Source of the DNA: Octopus vulgaris
Taxonomy: Eukaryota
Direction: 5' to 3'
NCBI GenBank assembly: GCA_951406725.2
Contig: OX597819.1
Location: forward strand, 92,380,001-92,444,000
DNA: 64,000 nt
The position numbers and the translations under genes were made by a program. Below, piece by piece: positions 55,160 through 64,000 of this stretch (positions are counted from its first letter, which is position 1; every line of letters starts with the position of its first letter). Below the pieces are notes generated by a model. It saw only the letters and a list, made by a program, of their open reading frames with translations, was not told where the DNA came from and made no database searches.

Positions 55160-55606
55160 AAGTAAATAAATGGTACAACGAGGTACCGATATTTACCGGA
55201 AAATAGCAATCGTAATAAATACAACGCTATTGTATAGCTTCACTGCGTATATACTAGCAAACACGCGTGTGTGCAACAAACATGAAAAAAAAATTTCTTA
55301 CCTCTAAGAAGAACATCTGAAAAATAGAAAACCTAGAATCGGATAATGCAGTACCGGTTTCAGACTCTTCAAATACGTTTGACAAGGTAGATTGGATTTG
55401 TCTTCATCAGCTGCATATACCTGGACAAAATTTCATATGTTGCCACATCTATGCCAGTACACTCGTCTGAACGCCAAAACGTTAAGAGAACGATAACAGT
55501 GAAGAAGTTTCAATGAAAATAATAATGCAATACGAAAGTATTGCTTTCCAGTAAAAGATAGTCCGTAAGGGTAAAATTATACATATAAAAGTAAATAAAT
55601 GGTACA
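55149..55606 (-). mobile_element. Retrozyme-like monomer (429 bp) with 29-bp terminal redundancy, in (TA)n
   Basis: tatacatataaaagtaaataaatggtaca at 55149-55177 and 55578-55606; central HHR; no ORF. Confidence 0.75.
55346..55416 (-). ncRNA. Hammerhead ribozyme with canonical core
   Basis: atgcag CTGATGA agac..gtct GAAA ccgg TA ctgcat; perfect 6-bp stem I, 4-bp stem II, palindromic ACCGGT. Confidence 0.85.
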
Positions 55607-55629
55607 TTTATATATATATGTATATTTAC

Positions 55630-55880
55630 TTTTTATTTTACTTGTTTTAGTCATTAGACTGCACCAATACTGGGGTTACGAACCTTAAAATGTTAGTCGT
55701 ATGAATCGACCTAATACTTATTTCTAAAGGTTTGGTATCTGTTCTTTGCACTCTTTTTGCCGAACCGCTAGTTTTACGGGGACATAAAAACAGCGCTTGA
55801 AAAGCCGTGCTGGGGGTATAAACACAGACACAGAGATACACACACAGACACAGAGATACACACACAGATACAATTACATA
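55630..55880 (-). mobile_element. SINE family A 3' half, diverged (another at ~36925-37100)
   Basis: acttgttttagtcattagactgc..gccgaaccgcta..acggggacataaa. Confidence 0.65.
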
Positions 55881-55881
55881 C

Positions 55882-55942
<61 letters not shown>

Positions 55943-55943
<1 letters not shown>

Positions 55944-56279
55944 GCGCATGGCTCAGTGGTTAGAGCGTCAAGCTTACGATCGTGAGGTTATGAGTTCGAA
56001 TCCCGGACCGGGATGCATATAGTGTTGTGTTCTTGAGCAAGACACTTTATTTAACGTTGCTCCAGTTCACACAGCTGTAGATATGAGTTGCGACGTCACA
56101 GGTGCCACCCCGTATCAGCCTTTGCCTTTCCCTTGGCTAACACTGGGGGCGTGGAAAGGGGAGGCCGGGATGCAGAGGAGACTGGTGGTCTTCCATAAAC
56201 AAACTTGCCCGGACTTGTATCTGGGAGGGTAACTTTCTAGGTGCAATCCCATGGTTAGTCATGACCGAAAGGTGTCTCA

Positions 56280-56281
<2 letters not shown>
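55943..56281 (+). mobile_element. tRNA-derived SINE family C in (TA)n
   Basis: tggctcagtggttagagc (A box), gagttcgaatcc (B box), CORE-like gtgttcttgagcaagacactt; degenerate relative at ~51625-51725. Confidence 0.85.
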
Positions 56282-56324
<43 letters not shown>

Positions 56325-56415
56325 TACAGACATGCATACATATATATGCATATATTGGTAGAGGACGTCTCATAACGTAAATAACATGAAATACGAAGAG
56401 AAATTTGGGGAAGCA

Positions 56416-56461
56416 AACACCTGATGAAGGCTGGAGTGTATATCAGCCGAAAGGTTGTGTT
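56416..56461 (+). ncRNA. Hammerhead ribozyme motif in a short pLTR-like unit (~56360-56550)
   Basis: aacac CTGATGA a ggctg..cagcc GAAA gg TT gtgtt; perfect 5-bp stems I and II; stem III gg instead of cg. Confidence 0.75.
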
Positions 56462-57157
56462 AACAACAAACAAGACGAGGACAAATATCCGTCAAATTTA
56501 AATAATATAAACAATGTACATAATTCTTCATCTCTTAAATATAGAACTGTATTCTGTAGACGAGAAAATAAAGGAGACTATATTTTATAAAAAAGAAATT
56601 CTTTATCTTAATTTTGAAAAATAAAAGTATAAAAAACTCAGGCTCAATCTGTTTTAGTTCGTTATGATATGTGGTTTGATCTTGAAGAATATGCTTGAGC
56701 TTTGTCAACATTACGAAACTATCAGTTGCGCTTTAATACATGTATTGTGAACCTTAACTAAATAATATTTATCTCTCACGAGATGCAATACTTTTCAAAA
56801 CAAGTCTATCATAGCACAGTACAAATATATATATATATATATATATATTTGTTGAAATAGAAAGATGAATTTTCTTGTAACAGATTATTCAAAGGTTTAA
56901 CCGATACCTGGGTAGCAAAAATCACAGCGGAAAACAGCACGGTTGGAGATAAGACCATTTGGTGTTGCAACCGTGCGTTGGAGTGGATAATTGTAGTTTA
57001 ATATTATTAGTGAATGGAATAAATGGAATTGAACGAAGATTGTACAGAATACCTTTTATTACATTCTACACATGTTTCGAAGGCCACAAATTTCCAAATT
57101 CTGTTTAAATAAGGGTACCATATTGCCTGGATGTTTTGCGTTCTTGTCCCATTTTGT

Positions 57158-57192
<35 letters not shown>

Positions 57193-57195
<3 letters not shown>

Positions 57196-57459
57196 ATATA
57201 CTGCATAACCTGCCCCACGTGCAAGGAGAATTACGTAGGTGAAACTGGTAATTCTTTGTGCCAGCGAGCCAGGATCCACCGACAACATATTCGGCAGGAA
57301 GAACTACGCAAAATACCACTAAGCACACACCTAGCTACATGTGGAGAAGGAAAATTTAAGATATTTCCCTTCTACAAGTGTCCGAAGAACGACACCCCCT
57401 TCAGGAGGAATATGGAAAAACATTTCATAGCTAAGTTCTCCCCCAAATTAAATGGCTGA
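57193..57459 (+). pseudogene. Penelope-like GIY-YIG endonuclease C-terminus (5'-truncated into (TA)n)
   Basis: VIYCITCPTCKENYVGETGNSLCQRARIHRQHI..HLATC..EKHFIAKFSPKLNG*: VIY/YVG motifs, CxxC, R..H and terminal LN typical of PLE endonucleases. Confidence 0.9.
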
Positions 57460-57947
57460 AACTTTACTCAACATACATTGAAGGACAAATCTGTGTGTGT
57501 GTAGATGTGTGTATTGCCTGTTATATACATCATATTATATTATTATCTTTATAATTCACTTCCATCTTTACCTTTTAATTGTCACTTTAATTTTAACTTT
57601 CCTATGATATACAATTTTCAAGATGGTATAATTTGGTTGTTCATTTTGAACCGATAAAAAGTTTTTTTCAAATATTTTATGTATAAGTATGTGTGTGTGT
57701 ATATATATGTGTTGGTATAAATATCAACACACAAAAATATTTTTTCTTCTCCACTTCCTCCCTTATTTTTATTTTTATTTTTATTTTTATTTTTTTTTTT
57801 TATATTTTTTATTTTTTATATTTTTATTTATGCTTTATATTTTTTATTTTTTATTTTTTTATTTAATTTTTTTATTTTTATTTTTATTATTATTATTTTT
57901 ATTTTCCCTTTTCTCTTTTTGTCTCTCTCCCCTTCTCCAAACACACA

Positions 57948-57995
<48 letters not shown>

Positions 57996-58224
57996 CACGC
58001 ACGCACACAAAAACACACACGGACACACAGACACACACACACACACACACACACCTCCACAGAATGATCATAGAAAGTGTGACCCCAAATGACATTTGCC
58101 AGGCCAACCTACGCACAACACACACTCAGTGACATCGAAATGGACGGCCAAAGTTCTTATAAAACCACAGGCGGTCCAGCAGACCAACGGAAATAACACT
58201 TCTTCACTCTCAGATATAAACGCC

Positions 58225-58256
<32 letters not shown>

Positions 58257-58504
58257 CACATATACACACACACACACACATACACATACACACATTTTTT
58301 CTCTGTCTCACTTCCTCCTCACCCACTACTACAAAACTATAAAATGTTCAAACTTCCCACAACTGATTTGATTTGAAAAGCCCACTAGAATGGGAGCAAG
58401 CGCTAATCCGAAATCCGAATGATATGATATGATATATATGTAAAAAATGTAATATATAAATAAATATCTACAAATATGAACCATCTGATCTGATTACCTC
58501 AATG

Positions 58505-58512
<8 letters not shown>
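57460..58512 (+). mobile_element. 3' UTR/pLTR of the same PLE, ending in a variant hammerhead (58370-58408)
   Basis: gat TTGAAAA g ccca ctagaa tggg a GCAA gcgc TA atc, then aataaa and (TA)n. Confidence 0.55.
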
Positions 58513-58536
<24 letters not shown>

Positions 58537-58734
58537 GTTATAATAAAAACAGCTTTACATTAAATTGATGGATTACATTTCGTAGAGTCCAAATTTATTA
58601 TTCTTTGAGAATAGTATCGAGTGTGGCTTCAAAGTTTGAGCCAGCTAAGCCATAGTCGGATATTCCAATGGTTGCTTAGCTGTCCGAAACTTCGAAGTGG
58701 CTGTTAATACTGTTGTTATTAAAAGGTAATCTAT

Positions 58735-59825
58735 ATAATATAGTACGCATCCCTCGGTCTCGGGTGGCCAAGGATCTGCGCCCAAAGAAATCATGTCAGC
58801 TTCTGTCGTGACTCTACAGGCCGACACGTGAGTAGCAGTCATACATACAGCGACTGCATTTGAAAGAGCTCTTTGCCGGAGCTACCGATTTTCCCTTCTG
58901 TCGAATGCGCTTTTCTTTGATGGCGAGTTCCTGTTTTTATTCCGCTCTCTTCATTCCCTTTCGCAGCATTTGCCTCTAGTGTGGGAGATCCATCTGAGGA
59001 CGTTCAGATCAAGTGTATCCAAGTCCCTCTTTCAGACGTCTTTAAATCGAGTATGAGGTCATCCTCGTGCTCTTGGGTCGGTGGCCAATACTCCATACAA
59101 GAGTTCTTTTGGGATCCTTCCGTTTGATATGCAATGAACATGACCGAGCCGGCGCAAACGTCACTGCTGGAGCAAGATGTGTATGCTGGGTCTCTTAGCT
59201 CGGTTGAGGACTTCGGAGTTGGAGATGTGGTCGGTCCACTTGAAGTCTAAGATGAGTCTGAAATTTAGAAAGTAAAAGACGTTGAGACACCGCTTCTGTC
59301 TAGATTAGAGGCTCCACGTCTCACTGCTATAAAGTAATGTACTAAAGACGCTCGATTATAGACTGCAATTTTGGTGTTTGCAGCCAGTGTTTTGTTTTGT
59401 TTTCCCAGACTCTCTTTGTGAGCCTGGTAGATGTGGAGGATGCTTGTCCGATTCACTTGTTAACCTCAGGGTCCAGGGAGAGGTCATCAGCAATGGTAGA
59501 GCCGAGACATGTGAATTGATGGACGACCACCAGCTTATAGTCGTTGATGGTGATGGTGGAGGCTTGTTTCAAACTTTGATCCCCTTCCTTTGGTCTTCTG
59601 CAGACTAGCAGACAGGCTGAATTTGTAACAGTACTTTGAACGTTTGTGCTCTTCAGAGTGCGCCGCCAGTACTGCATTGTCTGCAAACAGCATTTTTCTG
59701 ACGAGTACCTGTCACACCTTGGCTTTTGCTTTCAACCTCGACAGACCAAACAATTTTCAGCTTGATCTGTTGTGGAGGTAAACATCCTCATGTTTCAGCA
59801 TGACTGCGAAGAGGATGCCACCACC
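58735..59825 (-). mobile_element. RTE-clade LINE 3' fragment, decayed
   Basis: VVHQFTCLGSTIADDLSLDPEVNK, TKIAVY, GRIPKELLYG..RFKDV..KRDL motifs. Confidence 0.85.
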
Positions 59826-61075
59826 CACATGTACATATACATATACAGTGAATATTGTCTATATTACATATTGAGTATATTTTTTTCTTTCAATTATAAG
59901 CTATACATTTTGAGAAATAGATATACATGTACGTATAGATACATCATGGACTCTCCTGCTGTTAGATGAAGCATGATAATTTTCCTTCGAATATGATATT
60001 CCTCGAACTATGTTTTCCAGTTTTCGTTCTTGTTTAAAAAAAAGTTACGGTGCAGTGTTAGAGTTGAGGCAAAATTTGACTACTATTTCTACCAGTTCAA
60101 GCAAACACATTGTTGCTATATTTTTGACTCCTATGCAGTTTTGAGATTTAATATTGACAGAGAAAATATGTAAAAGTAATAATATTATACGAACGACTTT
60201 ATTGAAAATTGTAAGATTTCCGAATGTTAAATTTTATTTTACTTATATGTATAGCAAAAACAGAATATTAAATTCTTCTCTGTACATCTTCCAGAACTAT
60301 TTTAGAAATACATAAATTACACTTAGTATTTCTACAGACAGAATTTTCTATTTTTATAGAAAAACCGAAAAGACGTAACAAGTCAAAACAAAAGAGTTAT
60401 GAAATAAAAGCTTCATTACAAACGCATTATTATGTTTCATCATCTGAAGGCCATCTATTTTCATTATAATGGTGCATTATCATAACGCAATTGCCAATAC
60501 CTACATCTAAAGCATGACAAACAATTAGATTTCTTCTGGACAATTTGTTGATAGAATATTCTTCGTTTCAGAGAACAGACGCCGATGCATTAAGTTGCTT
60601 AGATTACTGGTTTTTCTAACGTTCCAATTAGCTTATTCACTGCAGTCCAAAGATGTTCTAACAACTTAATTTACCACCTCACGTAATTCACTTTAATTAC
60701 TCTAATCACTGAGCTGTCCACTTTTAGTCTAACACCTGGCTGCTTCATTTAAAATATTGCTGTGGTTATAATTGTTGCTAGGGTTGAATTTATCGTTGCT
60801 GTTGCTTTATTTCGAGGCCAACGTCTCTGAAAGAAGTAATATATGATGAAAGACATTTCCCGCCATCATCATTCTGTCATAGTCAGGGGCATTTATGAGT
60901 GCATCAGCTAATATGTCCTTCCTTTACTTAGGAGGCAATGCGTGCTTTAAGATAGATATGACTGGTACTTTTGATATGTCCAGAGACCACATGCAGTTTA
61001 TTTTGGAGGTGAAATATACATACATATGTATATATATACATCTATAGACACATACATGCATATATATATATATAT

Positions 61076-61116
61076 ACTAGTATTATGACCCGGCGTTGCC
61101 GGGTCATAGTGCTAGT
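61076..61116. mobile_element. Helitron-like 3' terminal hairpin with CTAG
   Basis: actagtattatgacccggc gtt gccgggtcatagtgctagt: GC-rich hairpin a few nt from CTAG-T. Confidence 0.55.
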
Positions 61117-62078
61117 TTGGTATAAATTTGTTAAATTAAAAATTTGGGGTAATAAAACATACAATGACATATTAAAAAGACGACTTAAAATTCCAGAGAA
61201 AAATACATAGAAGATAAATATACAAATTTACAAAAATACATAAAAGTTCATCGGAGATGCACCAATTAATGTGAAGCATATCATATATTTAAAATTGACC
61301 CCCCCCCCCGTTAGGATGTTTTTACACACAACACATAGTACACGGAAACAAATGCACAATTACATACCTGCTACATGCGAAAGACCAGACATTACGTACT
61401 CCCAAAAATTCTCATAGATACTGAATGCTACTTTATAAGCATATAATTCAATCTAGCAGCTATAGTAAATGGCATGCGCACAGCGCCATCTGGACTGATT
61501 CCCTTTTGCACCCAATTAAATGTTTCATCTTTTAAATTCTCCCATTTATGCAAAGCCACATATTGGAGTTCAAGTCCTTGATACATTTTATACTAATTGC
61601 TATTTTTTTCTTTTAATTGTTATATTACGATTTAATTACCAATTTAATAAAATAAAATATATTTAATTACTACTTACTATATTTACTATATTTAATTCAA
61701 TTGTTATTATTACCTCTAACTTTTATTGCAATATTTATTTCTAAATTTCTTATGGAACGTCGAGTGGATCTTATGCGTACAATATATTTTTATATGATGT
61801 TTATATATTTATATATTACTATATATTTCTAAACATCGGGCTTTATGTCTGTTCTGTAGATATAAATGAATATATGAATATATGTATGTGTTTGATCTTT
61901 CTGTGGATTTTGTAGTGCTCTTGTAGTTGCTGCTCGCATTGCCTCCCCTCAGATTAAAAAGTGTATACAGCTCATTTGAACACTACTATTCCACTCTGTT
62001 ATATATTTTAAGCGTTGTTGTCACTAACGATCTCAAGATATAACTTATATTTTGTATATATATATATATATATATATA

Positions 62079-62190
62079 TTGGCCTGCTCGCTTAGCCAGC
62101 GGGGTGGCGTCATTTGAAGGCTAAAACAATGCAAACACATTGTGACCAGCGATGTGTAACAACATCTGATGGTCTGGTCGGTCACGTGAT

Positions 62191-62197
<7 letters not shown>
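62079..62197 (+). mobile_element. SINE family B 3' fragment in (TA)n
   Basis: Reverse complement of 45615-45725. Confidence 0.8.
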
Positions 62198-62230
<33 letters not shown>

Positions 62231-62232
<2 letters not shown>

Positions 62233-62879
62233 ATCTTTTCTTTTTGAACGGCAGTTTGTAACATAATTTCTAGGTAACTAAAAAGTTTTAAACTTCGTAT
62301 ACTGGTAGAATGTGTTTATAAAACATCATTTTCTCTTGGTTTTATTGAGAAAATTCTATAGCTTGTAAGATATTTCGTCTGAAAATCCGAGCATTTCGGC
62401 AATTTTAACCAATCGATTACCTCCATTGAACTAAAATCACTTGCTGCGTCTAAAATTGAGACAACATCTTGTAACTAATCCTAAACCTACCCCTAACACT
62501 AACCCTAAATTATATTTTTCTTAATTCTTAAATTAATTTAATTGTTACGCGTAACAATTAAATTTACACGCGTAACAAATAAATTAATTTAACAATTAAG
62601 AAAAAAATAATCTAGGGTGAGAGTTAGAGTTAGGGGAGGTTTAGGGTTAAGTTAGAGGATGTTGTCTCAGTTTTAGACGCAGCAAATGATTTTAGCTCAA
62701 AAGTGAGCATAGGATTGGTTAAAATTCGAAAAATTAAACTACGTTAACAAACAAATTACAATTTTCTCAAGAAAGCCAAGAGAAAAAAAATGTTTTATTT
62801 TGACTCATTCTACCAGTATACGAAGCTTTAAAGTGTTTAGTTAACTAGAAATTGTCTGCCGTTCGAAAGGAAAAGATCC
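62231..62879. mobile_element. Whole-length palindromic MITE/foldback
   Basis: Ends ggatcttttc / gaaaagatcc; cttcgtatactggtagaatg / cattctaccagtatacgaag; internal (aaccct)-like repeats; flanked by (TA)n. Confidence 0.85.
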
Positions 62880-62890
62880 ATATATATATC

Positions 62891-63271
62891 GTGTACATTC
62901 AAACAGAAGAGAGGCGACCTTTAACAGGCGGCCTTACACGCTAGAAGAAGCAATCAAAATGACCAAAACCACATTTAAGAGCAATTTCGAAGGGAATGAA
63001 AAATAAAAGCTTTTACCTTGTTTTTCTTTTACAGCCATACTTAGGTTTCAAACTCTAATTAGCTAATAAAATAATTTGCTAGTTAGAGTTCTCATCATAT
63101 TTGCTAATTAGAATTTGAAACCTAGGTATGGTTCTAAAAAAAAAGGTAAAAGTTTTTAATTTTCATTCCCTTCGAAATTGCTCTTGAAGTTGGTTTTGTT
63201 CGTTTTGACTGCTTCTTCTAGCGTGTAAGGCTGCCTGTTAAAGGCCGCTTCTCTTGTGTTTAAATGTACAC
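62891..63271. repeat. Foldback element (~175-bp arms)
   Basis: gtgtacatt/aatgtacac; ccttacacgctagaagaagca / tgcttcttctagcgtgtaagg; aagagcaatttcgaagggaatgaaaa / ttttcattcccttcgaaattgctctt. Confidence 0.85.
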
Positions 63272-63404
63272 TAATTTTTGATGGATAATATCTTGTCTAT
63301 TGACTTTTTATATATGTTAGGCCACTGGTAGTGAAATATCTAAAAAAAACTCGTTACCCTATATGTTTTACGTATATAGATATATTTACATATATTAAAG
63401 AAAA

Positions 63405-63619
63405 TAAATTTCGAATGCATTATAGCTGTGAAGACAGCAGAAAGATTGGGTATTTATCCTGGTAAAACTGAAAAAGAGTTGCCAGCAGGTGAGAGCACTC
63501 AGCCGATATCTAAGAAATTTCATTCCCTGTAGCTGATTGCTGGCAACTGTACTGCATCTTATAAGGGTAAATACACAATCTTTCTGCTGTCTTCACAGCT
63601 ATACTCCGTTCGAAATTTA
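63405..63619. repeat. Foldback element (~80-bp arms)
   Basis: tatagctgtgaagacagcagaaagattg / caatctttctgctgtcttcacagctata; agttgccagca / tgctggcaact. Confidence 0.85.
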
Positions 63620-64000
63620 CCTTTTTGTCTCTAAAATATCAGACACAAATTCCATGCTTCCAAAGTTTGCTTTATATATATCTCTTATACGAAATCCGTT
63701 CTGTCTCTGTGTATGTGTGTGTGTCTTCTCAGATCTCAAGCATCCTCCATCCGATAGCACTCAAATTTGATATGCAGGGCGTGTATAAGCCTTGAAAAGA
63801 TTACAAAAATCGATTCCAGGTGAGAATGTGATCGATAAAGCTGTTTTTGTCCTGCTTTTCTTCTGTCAACCTGTACATAACTGCACCTTCCATTTTTTGT
63901 TGTTTTTGTACAGCTTAAAGGCACATTTCTTTCCTGCCAAGCTTACTGTTTAAACCATGTTTGTATTCTCCCAGTCAACAGCCTTATCATTACTGGTACT

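Noticed and set aside
55943-56015. tRNA gene (also heads at ~29250-29324 and ~14065-14135)
   Set aside because: A/B boxes are present, but they run into SINE bodies and I could not form a proper cloverleaf.
62478-62655. Interstitial telomere
   Set aside because: Only a few degenerate units, symmetrically placed inside a palindromic element.
63733-63819. 87-nt exon with good splice sites
   Set aside because: Stop codons in all three frames; could only be non-coding or terminal, with no other support.

Overview
Eukaryotic, strongly AT-rich, repeat-dominated DNA. The (TA)n/(CA)n/(GA)n load and the SINE repertoire look like a coleoid cephalopod, probably Octopus (inferred from recognition, not searched). 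There is no long intact host CDS, and most ORFs in the track are microsatellite artefacts. Retroelements: four SINE families, two CR1-group LINE relics fused tail-to-tail (15.6-18.9 kb), an RTE relic, Dong/R4-like 3' ends, and Penelope-like (PLE) relics with RT (24.4-25.8 kb) and GIY-YIG (57.2-57.5 kb). DNA elements: a deleted mariner, a Helitron-like end and many foldback elements. The main signal is about a dozen minimal type-I hammerhead ribozyme (HHR) motifs from roughly eight apparently unrelated short non-coding units, nearly all embedded in (TA)n/(CA)n tracts. Several share one retrozyme-like architecture: a 360-430 bp monomer with terminal redundancy or tandem copies, often followed by an inverted, circularly permuted copy. 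The best example is the trimer plus inverted copy at 21284-22770. A candidate + strand host gene with very large introns is also visible: ATG-AAG, a 5-nt microexon and a 49-nt exon splice in frame to MKKRKKPVQVKGKAGRVPSY.
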